DNA from: an uncultured Chthonomonadaceae bacterium | GTDB lineage: Bacteria > Armatimonadota > Chthonomonadetes > Chthonomonadales > Chthonomonadaceae | Direction of reading: 5' to 3' | Assembly: GCA_963835065.1 (NCBI GenBank) | Contig: CAWIEK010000051.1 | Coordinates: forward strand, 1 to 64,000 | Length of the DNA: 64,000 bases | Part shown: piece by piece, positions 11,801-21,931 of the stretch | How the letters are laid out: each line of letters starts with the position of its first letter | Position numbering within the stretch: the first letter of the stretch is position 1 | Made by a program: the position numbers and the translations under genes | Notes under the pieces: model-generated | The model's database searches: none | Told to the model about the DNA's origin: nothing | Seen by the model: the letters and a program-made list of their open reading frames with translations, nothing else

Positions 11801-12292
11801 CTGAACGCGCACGACGAGGCCGCGCTGAAAGCCATCAAAGACGCGGGCGGCGCGTGGGCGTTTTACAACGACGGCAGCCGGTGGACGTTCGGCGCGTACA
11901 TGTACAAGTGCGCGCAGGAGTACGGCATGAAGTTCCGGCTGTCGTGGCACTGGAATGCGGCGGCGGGCGACCCGTACTACGCGCTGGACTGCCGCGAGGA
12001 CGATTACGCCTGGGTAGCCACCAACGCCCGCCGCGAACTGATCCCGGCCATCCACTTCGAGCGCGACATTCGGGGCGGCATAGACGATTACCGCGCCATG
12101 CTGACGCTTTCCCGCCTGCTCCGCGCCCACCCCAACCATCCGAAAGCGGAAGCCGCCCGCCGCCTGCTGGACACAAAACTGGCTTCTTTCCACTTAGGCG
12201 ACCGTGACCACGACGCCAAATGGCCCAAAAGCGAGTACCAAACGTATCGCCGCCAGGTGCTGGAAGCCATTGAGCAGCTAACAGGCAAGTAG
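8853..12292 (+). CDS. Large secreted glycan-active protein (CBM-like domains, Zn-ribbon-like motif, GH123-like C-terminal barrel); split by two probable indels (~9625, ~11670)
   Basis: Three consecutive overlapping ORFs (8853-9656, 9565-11760, 11582-12292) read as one protein; signal peptide ..AKA|QQ; CPDC..CYAC; YNLCDEP. Family assignment tentative. Confidence 0.65.
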
Positions 12293-12394
12293 GTCAGGGT
12301 TTTAGGGTGTTAGGGTTCTATGGTTTTAGGTTAGGTGCGGGGTAATCGCTACCTGAACGTAGACCAAAATAGTCTTCAAGCGCAGAGACATACC

Positions 12395-13386
12395 ATGAGT
12401 TGCGAAACGTTATTCCAATTAGCGCCTACACAACACGCCGAATATCCTCTGGAAATACGCGAGCGGTTCGAGACGCTTCTGCGCGCTAACCCGCAATGTG
12501 TCCACGCAAGGGACTATTCCGGGCATACGCTCCTGCATTGGGCGGCCAATGCCAATCAGACCTACATCGTCGAGTTACTCCTCGCACTGGGCGCTGATGT
12601 CAATGCTCGTACACAGGATGGACATACTCCACTGTATCGTGCGGCAACGTTATGCCTTTCTTGGAGGCTGCGGAACGGCTTCTGGCGCATGGAGCCGACC
12701 CCAACTTGCTAACAGATGGTAATCAGTCGCCTCTATCCGAAGCAGGTTGGTTTTGTCGGAACCCTCAGCAGTCCGAGAAGTTGACTGCCCTGCTTCTGGA
12801 ACATGGCGCCAATCCAGAACAACGGGATATCGATGACAATGTGCCTCTCCACTTTATGCGCTGTCTCGGCGCGTTGCGGCAGATGCTGCGCTACGATGTA
12901 GATGTCAACGCGCAAAACAAGCAGGGAGAAACCCCTCTTCTGGTCGCGGTGCGCGAAGGCTACGATGATATTGCCAAAGCGCTCATTGCGGCGGGCGCGA
13001 ATGTCAATATTCGCAATGCGCAGGGGCAGACACTGCTGCATTTGGCGGTTCTGGATGAGGATTATGGCAACGCGCGCACTGCCCGACTGTTGCTCAAACT
13101 GGGCGCGGACATCAACGCCCGCGACCATGCAGGACGCACCCCCTTGTATCAGGCCGCCAGTTCGCACTTTGCGCCTGGAGTGCGGTTGCTGCTTGCGTCG
13201 GGGGCAGAAGTGAATGCGCGTGATGCCGAAGGCCACACGCCATTGTATGCCGCAGAGGAGGGTTTCTATCTGGGCACTAATCCCTACTATGCGCCTCCTC
13301 CCGAAGGCGAGGGCAACCCGAAGAACTTTGCGAAAGGGCGTAAGAAGATCGCAATGCTGCTGCAGGCAGCGGGCGGGCAAACGTAG
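12395..13386 (+). CDS. Ankyrin repeat protein; probable indel near 12650
   Basis: Repeated GxTPLH/TPLY..A and LL..GADVNARD motifs across ORFs 12335-12712 and 12652-13386. Confidence 0.88.
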
Positions 13387-13507
13387 GATAGAGGAGGGCT
13401 GAGGTCTAACTGGCACAAGGTACTAATAGACATACCCCTTAAACACGGCACAATCTCGTGTCCGCAGGACAATTGGCCGCAGGCGTAACAATCGGTAAAG
13501 AATTTAG

Positions 13508-14977
13508 ATGGTATATACCGGCCCATTCCAGAAGAGGCAGAAAAGTATGAAGCAACGACAAATGCAAGGGCGTCGCTGGACGGTTTGCGGCGCAATGATG
13601 CGCCTGCTGTTCTGTGTTGTGCTGCTGGTGGGAATGGCGAACGCGAATGCGCAGCCGGTTCCGGGGCAAACCTGGCAGGCGAAAACGGGTGGCCTGCTCA
13701 TTGTCGCGCCGCAGGCATTCGCGCCCGCCCTTGCCGATTATGTCCGCTACAAGCGTGCGCAGATGCCGACCACATTGGTGACGCTGGAAACCGCGCTGAA
13801 CTCTGCAACGGGCGTGGACGACGCGGAGCGGCTCAAGCGGTATCTGTATAAAGCGTGGCGCGGCCAGCAAATCGGGTACGCGCTGCTGGTGGGCGATGCG
13901 GACGTGCTGCCTGTGCGCTACATGACGCTGGATCGCGTCACGCCTGCCGCTTTCGACTATGCCTTTTATCCGTCCGACCTGTATTACGGCGATCTTGCCC
14001 GCGCGGACGGCAGTTTCGATGATTGGAACGCCAATCGGCAGAGTTTTCATGCGGGCTATTTCGGCGAAGTGCGCGGCGAAAAAAACAAGCACGACCCGAT
14101 GAACTATGACCAAATTACGTACCATCCGAAAGTGGCGGTGGGACGGTGGCCGGTCAGTACGCCCGAAGAAGCCGCACTGGTTGCCGCCAAAACCATGACT
14201 TACGAAACCGGCCTGCGCAGGGGCGACAAAAGCGGCCAGAATCAGGCCGCGCTGTTTGCCGTTGGCGGGTGGGTGGATATGCGCGAACAGATGAACAGCT
14301 TCGCGGCCCTGCTTGCGCCCCACTGGAAGACCGCGCGCTACTTCTACGCCGACGCCCGCAACGACCACACGCCGCCGCCCAATGAAAACGAACTAATTAC
14401 GGCTTTGAATTCCGGCGTCGGGCTGCTGCTTCACGCCGGGCACGGTTCGGACAATACATGGGAAGGCTGTTTCCAAATCCGGCATCTGGATCAGGTACAC
14501 AATGCGGATCGCCTGCCGGTTGTCGTGTCCGCCGGCTGTTCCACCGCCCGGTTTGCCACCCTGCCGCCCTATGAAGGCTACATGGATGTGAACGGGCAGG
14601 AACACCGGGGCACAGATGCGGGCGAAGTGTTCACAAGCCCGCCCCCGCCGCCCGCCTGCTACCAGAAGGGCAAATACAATCCCACCGGATTAGGCGAGCA
14701 ATTGCTGCGGCAGAATAAAAACGGCGCGGTAGCCTACATCGGCTGCAACACGGGCAGTCAGCCGTGCGGCCTGACACTGGTAGACGGCTTCGTACAGGCG
14801 ATTGCCCACACCCCGCAGCCGCGCCTGGGCGACTGCTGGAATCAGGCGATTGTGTACTACTACGACCACGAGCATCTGGCAACGCTTCAGCCCTCCGAGG
14901 ATTGGTATCCCGCCAGTATTTTCTTTCAGGGCATGAAGTTCATGCTGTTCGGCGACCCATCACTGCCGCTGCGCTAA
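13508..14977 (+). CDS. C25 (gingipain) family cysteine peptidase, secreted
   Basis: LLVGD, SDLYY, VGRWP, HAGHGS (catalytic His), SAGCST (catalytic Cys), GAVAYIG, LFGDPS; true start may be a downstream Met. Confidence 0.88.
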   Translation: MVYTGPFQKRQKSMKQRQMQGRRWTVCGAMMRLLFCVVLLVGMANANAQPVPGQTWQAKTGGLLIVAPQAFAPALADYVRYKRAQMPTTLVTLETALNSATGVDDAERLKRYLYKAWRGQQIGYALLVGDADVLPVRYMTLDRVTPAAFDYAFYPSDLYYGDLARADGSFDDWNANRQSFHAGYFGEVRGEKNKHDPMNYDQITYHPKVAVGRWPVSTPEEAALVAAKTMTYETGLRRGDKSGQNQAALFAVGGWVDMREQMNSFAALLAPHWKTARYFYADARNDHTPPPNENELITALNSGVGLLLHAGHGSDNTWEGCFQIRHLDQVHNADRLPVVVSAGCSTARFATLPPYEGYMDVNGQEHRGTDAGEVFTSPPPPPACYQKGKYNPTGLGEQLLRQNKNGAVAYIGCNTGSQPCGLTLVDGFVQAIAHTPQPRLGDCWNQAIVYYYDHEHLATLQPSEDWYPASIFFQGMKFMLFGDPSLPLR

Positions 14978-14978
14978 T

Positions 14979-15088
14979 GGTGTTCGGGTATTCGGTATGG
15001 TGTTTGTCTGATGCGCTGCCGCGTTAAAGTCAACTTCGGTACTTTCGCATTAACCTGAACACCCGAACACCTGAATACCTGAATACCT
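14979..15088. repeat. Short octamer tandem repeats in inverted arrangement
   Basis: ACC(T/C)GAA(C/T) x4.5 at 15053-15088; complementary GGTGTTCGGGTATTCGGT at 14979-14996. Confidence 0.7.
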
Positions 15089-15128
15089 ATTCTCTCTTCT
15101 CTCTTCTTTCCGGTACGAGGCTATAAAA

Positions 15129-16385
15129 ATGGATGTGGAGCCTTTGGAACCCTTTAATATGCCTGCGCCTGCCGGTGTGGAAACAACGCCGCCGGTGTTC
15201 CCGCCTGCGAAGATTACGCCTGCATCCTCTCCTGTCGGGCCACAGGAGGCGGAAGACGCGCAGCGCCTACTCAAACGGATCGGGAGGAATCATCCGGTGC
15301 GGGAGGCGGCGGCAGCGTGGATAGAAGGCGGGGCGGTTCCGCCGCAAACAACGGATACGCTGCTGCGCGCCCTGAAAAGGCCACAGCCCTACCATTGGCG
15401 CAAGCAGGCAGTAGCGGCATGGATGCTGGGACACGCGGAGTGGCAGGGGGCGGATACCGAAGACGCAGAAAAACGTCTGATGAAAGTGGTGAATACTTGG
15501 GTTCTGCTCAACATTCCCTATCGCTTTTTGCGCGCGAATGTGTTGACCGGCCTGATCTGCGCCGTAATCAGCGTCGGCGCTAAATTACCCAACCCTCCTG
15601 CCTTTTTTCTTCTGTTCTTCATGCTGATTGGAATCGTGCTGCTCTCGGTTTTACTCTCGTTCCTTGTTACTCCCGTCCTGGGGCTGGTGGAAAACGCGAA
15701 AACTACGCGCATCCGTATTGCCGCTATCGTTGCTTTGGGGCGCTTGCGTTCTATAGAAGGACTGCCCACTCTGGCGCGGGCAAGCATGGAAGGACCGCAG
15801 GTAGGCACATTTACTTCGTGGTGGCAATTGCGCCGGGTGCGCCGGGCGGGGTTGGAAGCAATGGGGCAAATTTTACCCTGCGTCACGGAATACGATTACG
15901 CGCGGCTGGCTTCCAGTTTGCCAACCTTGTGCCGCGTGCTGAAAAAGGTGGCGATCCGGCCCCGGCAGGAGCCGCAAAAGGCGGAAGCATTGGCGCTTAA
16001 CCTGCTCACGGCGTTGAGTAAGATTGGTGACGGGCGCGCGGTCAGCGCGGTAGAGCAGGTCGCGCGCGCTGCCGACTCTGCCTCCGTGCGCCTGGCGGCG
16101 CAAGGCGTCCTGTCTGTGCTGCAAGACCGTCAGAAACAGGAGAACGCGGCCAACACCCTGCTGCGGGGCGCGTCGCAGGCAGCCCCGGCGCAAGACACGT
16201 TACTGCGCGCGGCAACGGCCATCCATGAGACAGACCCCCGGCATCTATTGCGTCCCGATGTTTCCCCGCGCCCCGTCGAAATGCCGCTGCAAGAAACCAC
16301 GCCACACCTATCCCACCCACAGACATATCAGCCACAAGCAGGCGAAGCGCTTCCTCTGGAACAGCAAACATTGGGGCAGGCGTAG
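15129..16385 (+). CDS. Membrane protein with HEAT-like repeats and triple LLR tail
   Basis: Two hydrophobic segments; IAAIVALGRL, LTALSKIGD; NTLLRG/DTLLRA/HLLRP. Confidence 0.7.
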   Translation: MDVEPLEPFNMPAPAGVETTPPVFPPAKITPASSPVGPQEAEDAQRLLKRIGRNHPVREAAAAWIEGGAVPPQTTDTLLRALKRPQPYHWRKQAVAAWMLGHAEWQGADTEDAEKRLMKVVNTWVLLNIPYRFLRANVLTGLICAVISVGAKLPNPPAFFLLFFMLIGIVLLSVLLSFLVTPVLGLVENAKTTRIRIAAIVALGRLRSIEGLPTLARASMEGPQVGTFTSWWQLRRVRRAGLEAMGQILPCVTEYDYARLASSLPTLCRVLKKVAIRPRQEPQKAEALALNLLTALSKIGDGRAVSAVEQVARAADSASVRLAAQGVLSVLQDRQKQENAANTLLRGASQAAPAQDTLLRAATAIHETDPRHLLRPDVSPRPVEMPLQETTPHLSHPQTYQPQAGEALPLEQQTLGQA

Positions 16386-16465
16386 AAGCGGGAACCCGCG
16401 TTTGTTGCGCGACGGGCTGAACTGGATCGGCGAAGTCACAAAACTACAGCAATCCTGGGGCTTGT

Positions 16466-16549
16466 TTGCGCCCGCGCCCCTACAGCAACAGGGCTGGTAC
16501 GTATCAGGAGGCTTTGTGCCCTCCAGAAGCTGGTTGGGCGCGGGCGCAA
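16466..16549. repeat. Inverted repeat pair, REP-related
   Basis: TTGCGCCCGCGCCC (16466-16479, followed by CTAC) and GGGCGCGGGCGCAA (16536-16549). Confidence 0.55.
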
Positions 16550-16781
16550 CTCCTCTCCGGCATAAATACGGGTAAAGGAAAATTGGCATTGTGGTATAAT
16601 TGAACTGTCAAGCGCACAAATGCGCAGGGAAGGCAGACATTGCATCGTTATGCCTGCTCGCGCAAATATCGCCGTCGAACGGCCATAAACAAATAGGGAT
16701 CGGGCAAACTCAACTTCCATTTTTCCTGCCTGCTGTCAGCCCTGAAACGCCGCAGTAATCTTCCCTGAATAAGAGCGAACA

Positions 16782-17615
16782 TTGTCAGATATTATCCGAA
16801 CTCATGTCACCATACGGCCCAGCAGCGGCTGGGCCGCCCTGAACTTGCGCGAAGTCTGGCAGTACCGCGACCTACTGCTGACCCTGGCAACGCGCGACCT
16901 CAAATTGCGGTATCGGCAGACAGCGCTTGGCGCGATCTGGGTTATTTTGCAGCCGCTTCTTGCCGCCGGGATTTTCTCGTTCGTGTTCGGCAAAGTGGCG
17001 AAACTTCCCAGTGACGGCAAGCCGTACTTTCTGTTCGCGTATGCCAGCCTGCTCGGATGGAACCTGTTCAGCAATACGCTGCAGCGCGTCAACACGTCTT
17101 TGCTCGGCAACTCGCAGCTTGTTTCCAAAGTATACTTCCCGCGCCTGGTGCTGCCGCTCGCTTCCATTTTCGCCACCATTGTAGACTTCGGCGTTGCCTT
17201 TGCCATGTTCCTGGTGTTGATGGTCGTCAATGGCGTTGTGCCGACGTTGGGCATTTTGCTGCTTCCCTTCTGGCTGCTGCTGTTCCTGCTGCTGGCGATG
17301 GGGGTCGGAATGTTCTGCTCCGCCCTGATGGTAAGCTATCGGGACGTGGGCTATATCGTTCCCGTCATGATCTCGTTTTTGCAGTATGCCAGCCCGGTTG
17401 CGTATTCCACGTCGGCCATTCCCGCCCATCTCCGCGCCTGGTATCTGATGAACCCGGTGGCAAGCATCCTCGAAGGACTGCGCTGGTCACTGCTAGGCTC
17501 GTCCACGATAAGCGCGCCGGGAATCCTGTCGGCGACGATTGTTTCCGTCGCGGCTTTTATCATCGGGGCGTTTGCCTTCAAGCGCATGGAGCGGAGATTT
17601 GCAGATGTCATCTAG
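16782..17615 (+). CDS. wzm: ABC-2 polysaccharide transporter permease
   Basis: RDLKLRYRQTALG, KVYFPR, YRDV..IV, ERRFADVI; multiple TM helices. Confidence 0.93.
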   Translation: MSDIIRTHVTIRPSSGWAALNLREVWQYRDLLLTLATRDLKLRYRQTALGAIWVILQPLLAAGIFSFVFGKVAKLPSDGKPYFLFAYASLLGWNLFSNTLQRVNTSLLGNSQLVSKVYFPRLVLPLASIFATIVDFGVAFAMFLVLMVVNGVVPTLGILLLPFWLLLFLLLAMGVGMFCSALMVSYRDVGYIVPVMISFLQYASPVAYSTSAIPAHLRAWYLMNPVASILEGLRWSLLGSSTISAPGILSATIVSVAAFIIGAFAFKRMERRFADVI

Positions 17616-18924
17616 TGAAGTAGCCGTGTCGGTGCGCGATTTGAGCAAGTCCTATACCATTGCCCACAATGCGGAAAAGCACTCTACCGCAGCGGAAGCG
17701 CTGATGCACCGGCTGAAAAATCCCGGTCAGCGCATAGAAAAAGAGACGTTTTGGGCGCTCAAGGATGTTAATTTCGACATTCAAAAAGGCAATGTGGTAG
17801 GTATTATCGGCAGGAACGGCGCGGGCAAGTCCACGCTGCTCAAAGTCCTCAGCCGCATTACCGAGCCGACAACCGGGCAAATAGACCTGTATGGACGGGT
17901 TGGCAGCCTTTTGGAAGTGGGTACGGGGTTCCACCCGGAATTGACAGGCAGAGAGAATATCTATCTGAACGGCGCGATTTTGGGCATGAACCGTAAGGAG
18001 ATTGCGCGGGAGTTCGACGCCATTGTAGATTTTTCGGGCACGGAGAAGTTTCTGGATACGCCGGTGAAGCGGTATTCGAGCGGCATGTATGTGCGGCTTG
18101 CCTTTGCCGTCGCCGCGCACCTGAACCCCGAAATCCTGATTGTGGATGAAGTTCTCGCTGTCGGGGATGCCGAATTCCAGAAGAAGTGCATGGGCAAAAT
18201 GAAGGATGTGGCGCACAGTGGGCGCACCATTCTGTTCGTCAGCCACAATATGACCGCCATCGCAGCCTTATGCAGTCACGTCGTTTGGATGGACGGCGGC
18301 AAGGTGCGGGATTACGATATGACCCGGCGCATTGTGTCCGCTTATATGAACGCCTCGTATGCGCAAAATACGGATCGCTCCTGGGATATTTCCGAAGATG
18401 CGCCGGGCAACAATCAGGCGCGTATCTGGAAAGCCCGCGTTGGCGCTGACGAGCGCCCTCGTTCTGAGGCCGTCACCGTTCGCACTCCCCTGGTCATAGA
18501 GTTTGAATACGAAAACTATGTGCCCGGAGCCTGCCTGAATTTAAGTATTGTGGTAACGAATGAAGAAGGGGCTGCCGTTTTCAACTCGTTCCCGATTACG
18601 GAACCGGAGTGGAATGGACACCCCTTTCCGGCAGGCGTGTTCCGCAGTTCCTGTTACGTGCCGGGAGACTTGCTGAACGACGGCACTTACTCTGTTGATT
18701 TGTACATTGTCCGCGACTATGCGAACGTTGTCTATCACCATGCCGAGATTTTGTCCTTTGAAGTACAGGATTCGCCCGACCTGCGCGGCGCGTGGCATGG
18801 CGATTGGATCGGCGCGGTACGGCCCAATCTGCGCTGGACAACCCAACTGCTGCGGGAACCTGCGCAGGTTCCTGCCGATGCGCTGTCCGTTGAGACGGCG
18901 GCGCTGACTTTTGCCAAGGGGTAG
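17605..18924 (+). CDS. wzt: ABC polysaccharide transporter ATPase with C-terminal Wzt_C domain (copy 1)
   Basis: GRNGAGKST, YSSGM, LIVDE, VSH; ~180-aa C-terminal domain; overlaps wzm stop. Confidence 0.93.
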   Translation: MSSSEVAVSVRDLSKSYTIAHNAEKHSTAAEALMHRLKNPGQRIEKETFWALKDVNFDIQKGNVVGIIGRNGAGKSTLLKVLSRITEPTTGQIDLYGRVGSLLEVGTGFHPELTGRENIYLNGAILGMNRKEIAREFDAIVDFSGTEKFLDTPVKRYSSGMYVRLAFAVAAHLNPEILIVDEVLAVGDAEFQKKCMGKMKDVAHSGRTILFVSHNMTAIAALCSHVVWMDGGKVRDYDMTRRIVSAYMNASYAQNTDRSWDISEDAPGNNQARIWKARVGADERPRSEAVTVRTPLVIEFEYENYVPGACLNLSIVVTNEEGAAVFNSFPITEPEWNGHPFPAGVFRSSCYVPGDLLNDGTYSVDLYIVRDYANVVYHHAEILSFEVQDSPDLRGAWHGDWIGAVRPNLRWTTQLLREPAQVPADALSVETAALTFAKG

Positions 18925-19187
18925 TGAGGGAAGCGTTGGCAAAAGGGCAGGCAGAAAAAAATATGTAGAGTGCATCGTCGAAATCTTGGCAATACAGCGC
19001 TTCCAGCCCGATGTCTCGTTGTGTCAAATTGTAGGAGAGAGGCGTCGTGACCTCCAAAGCGTCAGGGCGAACGGGCGGGGTGAAACATAGGCTTTGCACC
19101 TCCCTTCCTGTGGGTATAACGTCTGTATAGTAGACGTGTGTACTACTCTTTAGACGGCGGTGTGGGGCAAAAGGTTCACTTCTTTCG

Positions 19188-19212
19188 AGGGCGCAATAAA
19201 TTGCGCCCCTAC
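19188..19212 (-). repeat. GTAG-type REP palindrome
   Basis: Minus strand GTAGGGGCGCAATTTATTGCGCCCT, identical to 23669-23693. Confidence 0.8.
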
Positions 19213-19260
19213 GTTCGGGAAGTTAAAAATTTACAGGCTGTAAGTAAAAGTGAGGTAAGA

Positions 19261-19971
19261 ATGAATTGGCATCGTGTCGCCCGCGTTTTTGGCGTTGCAT
19301 CGCCGCATCTGATGACCGCGATCAAATCCGCGCAAAATGAAGTTTCCATCGCGCGCCAATCCAAACAGGCTTACCAGCGTTTGCGCGAGATGCCGGAGCG
19401 GAACCTGCGGGTGCATCTTGGATGCGGCGGGGATGTTCGCGAGGATTGGCTCAACATTGACCTGCCGATTCCGCAGGGAACGGGAAGCTCGCTCCCGGAC
19501 AGCGCGAACCTGGTTATTTATGATCTGCGACAGGGGCTGCCCCTTCCCGATAATTCTTGCGATTACATCTACTCGTCGCACTTTTTTGAACATCTGGAGT
19601 ACGCGGAGGGCGTGAATTTGATGCGCGATTGTTATCGCTGCCTGGGAGCCGGAGGCGTTTTTCGCGCCGCCCTGCCCAACCTGGCCGCTGTCTTTCGCGC
19701 TTACCTGGCGGACAATGAAAGCCATTTTGCCGACATTGATGCCAACGCGCTGGCAACGCGAACACCCCGCACCGCCGCGATAGTGGATTGGATCAACTAC
19801 GGCGTTTATCAGTTCGGGGAGCATAAATGCATTTATGATGAGGAAAAACTGATTCTCGTTTTGCGCGACATTGGCTTTTCCAAAGCCTGCGCGTCGGAAT
19901 TCAAGATGGGAATTGATGTTAATTCCGAGATGCGCAAAACCCATTCCTTTTACGTCGAGGCTGTCAAATAA
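19261..19971 (+). CDS. Class I SAM-dependent methyltransferase
   Basis: VHLGCG, LPLPDNSCDYIYSSHFFEH, L..GG.F; GAGGT RBS before 19261. Confidence 0.85.
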   Translation: MNWHRVARVFGVASPHLMTAIKSAQNEVSIARQSKQAYQRLREMPERNLRVHLGCGGDVREDWLNIDLPIPQGTGSSLPDSANLVIYDLRQGLPLPDNSCDYIYSSHFFEHLEYAEGVNLMRDCYRCLGAGGVFRAALPNLAAVFRAYLADNESHFADIDANALATRTPRTAAIVDWINYGVYQFGEHKCIYDEEKLILVLRDIGFSKACASEFKMGIDVNSEMRKTHSFYVEAVK

Positions 19972-20011
19972 AACAGTATGTGATTATTTATGAGGATGTT
20001 GAGGAGCAATT

Positions 20012-20677
20012 TTGACGGCATCGGCAAAAACTCGCGTTGTCGTATGGGGCGTCGGTGGACACGCGCTCGTCGTTGCGGATATTCTGCGCTGTTCGCCTGA
20101 TTACGCTTTGGAAGGCTTTCTGATAGATGCCGCGAACAGCGCGTTTACGAGAGAATCCCTGCGGCCTTTGCTGCTTGGCGGGGCGGAATGTCTGGACAGG
20201 CTTCGCGCCGCCGGGATTGTAAACGCAGTGGTGGCGATTGGCGACTGCAAAACCCGGCTTGAAGTCGGGGACTGGCTGAAATTGAACGGTTTTAATCTTG
20301 CCGTCGTCATACATCCTAAGGCGATTCTTGCCGATGATACACGCATCGGCGCAGGCACGGTGATTGCGGCAGGCGCGATTGTCAGTCCCGGCGTTACAAT
20401 CGGCGAAAATGTCATTGTTAACACGGGCGCTACCGTAGACCATGAGTGCCGGCTTGCGGATGGCGTTCATGTGTCGCCCGGAGCGCATCTTGCGGGGCGT
20501 GTTATTGTGGAACGGGGCAGTTGGATCGGTATGGGCGCAAATGTCATAGACGGCATTCGCATTGGCGCGAACAGCATCATCGGAGCAGGCTCCGCCGTCG
20601 TCCGACATATACCCGACAACGCCGTGGCTTACGGCGTGCCGGCAAAGGTTATGAAGGAGAATAACAGTGGTTTATAG
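20012..20677 (+). CDS. NeuD/PglD-type sugar acetyltransferase (hexapeptide repeat)
   Basis: WGVGGHA, VAIGD, VIHP, VDHEC, YGVPAK; GAGGAG RBS before TTG. Confidence 0.9.
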   Translation: MTASAKTRVVVWGVGGHALVVADILRCSPDYALEGFLIDAANSAFTRESLRPLLLGGAECLDRLRAAGIVNAVVAIGDCKTRLEVGDWLKLNGFNLAVVIHPKAILADDTRIGAGTVIAAGAIVSPGVTIGENVIVNTGATVDHECRLADGVHVSPGAHLAGRVIVERGSWIGMGANVIDGIRIGANSIIGAGSAVVRHIPDNAVAYGVPAKVMKENNSGL

Positions 20678-21887
20678 TTCTTCAGCGGTGAAGAGTCTGG
20701 CGCTTCTTGGGAGTAAGCCGGCCTTTGCCGAGCCGCTTCACGTCGGACGGCCCAACATCGGTAATCGTGAAAAATTGATGGAGCGCCTCAACGACATGCT
20801 GGATCGGCGCTGGCTTTCCAATGACGGCGTTCTGGTGCAGGAGTTTGAACAGCGTATTGCGGATATGGTTGGCGTCAAGCATTGCATTGCCATGTGCAAC
20901 GCGACCATTGCGCTGGAAATCGCCATTCGCGCGGCGGGACTTACCGGGGAAGTGATCGTTCCTTCCTTTACCTTTATCGCCACCGCCCATGCCGTGCAAT
21001 GGCAGGAAATCACGCCTGTTTTTTGCGACGTGGACAGCGATACGCACAACATTGACCCTGATGTCATCGAGCGCATGATTACGCCGCGCACGACGGGGAT
21101 TATCGGCGTTCACGTTTGGGGCCGGCCCTGCGCTGTTGATGAATTGAGCGAGATTGCCGACCGTCACAATCTGACCCTGATGTTCGACGCGGCTCATGCT
21201 TTTGGCTGCTCGCATAAGGGTAAAATGATCGGGAATTTTGGCGAGGCGGAAGTGTTCAGCTTTCACGCAACCAAGTTTCTCAACACGTTTGAGGGCGGCG
21301 CGGTTGTCACCAACAACGATGATCTGGCGGTGAAGATGCGCCTGATGAAAAACTTCGGATTTGCCGGCTACGACAATGTTATCTACATCGGCACGAACGG
21401 CAAAATGACGGAAGCCGCCGCCGCGATGGGATTGACCAGCCTGGACAGCATGGAAGACTTCATCGAAACCAATTACCGCAACTACGCGCAGTATCGCCGG
21501 GAATTGACGCGGCTGCCCGGTATTCGCGTGATTGATTATGATAACGCGGAGCGCAACAACTATCAATACGTGGTTGTAGAGGTGGATGAGGATAAGGCGG
21601 GACTGAACCGCGATCAGCTTGTGGAAGTGCTGTGGGCGGAGAATGTTCGCGCCCGCCGGTACTTCTATCCCGGCTGTCATCAGATGGAACCGTACCGCTC
21701 CAACTTCCCACACGCCGGACTGCTGCTGCCGCGAACGGAAAAACTCTCCAATCAGGTGTTTATCCTGCCGACAGGCACGGCGGTAGGTCCGGCAGAGATT
21801 AACGCCATCTGTGGGATTGTTGAAACGGCTCTCGCGCAGGCAGATGCCGTGCGGCGGCATCTGAACATGCCCCAACTTGTGGCGTAA
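20667..21887 (+). CDS. DegT/DnrJ/EryC1/StrS sugar aminotransferase (DesI/VioA-like)
   Basis: FDAAHAFG, SFHATK (PLP Lys), EGGA, RRYFYP. Confidence 0.93.
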   Translation: MVYSSSAVKSLALLGSKPAFAEPLHVGRPNIGNREKLMERLNDMLDRRWLSNDGVLVQEFEQRIADMVGVKHCIAMCNATIALEIAIRAAGLTGEVIVPSFTFIATAHAVQWQEITPVFCDVDSDTHNIDPDVIERMITPRTTGIIGVHVWGRPCAVDELSEIADRHNLTLMFDAAHAFGCSHKGKMIGNFGEAEVFSFHATKFLNTFEGGAVVTNNDDLAVKMRLMKNFGFAGYDNVIYIGTNGKMTEAAAAMGLTSLDSMEDFIETNYRNYAQYRRELTRLPGIRVIDYDNAERNNYQYVVVEVDEDKAGLNRDQLVEVLWAENVRARRYFYPGCHQMEPYRSNFPHAGLLLPRTEKLSNQVFILPTGTAVGPAEINAICGIVETALAQADAVRRHLNMPQLVA

Positions 21888-21931
21888 CCTTTCAGCGCAA
21901 CGATGTATCTGACTAAAGGTTTGGAACAGCA

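Noticed and set aside
12293..12342. Telomeric TTAGGG repeats or eukaryotic contamination
   Set aside because: Only two exact units in a bacterial intergenic spacer; better explained as a short dispersed repeat
18925..19187. Possible minus-strand gene (ORF 18596-19099) with a strong RBS-like sequence
   Set aside because: Overlaps wzt1 antisense; the properly spaced ATG gives only 8 codons
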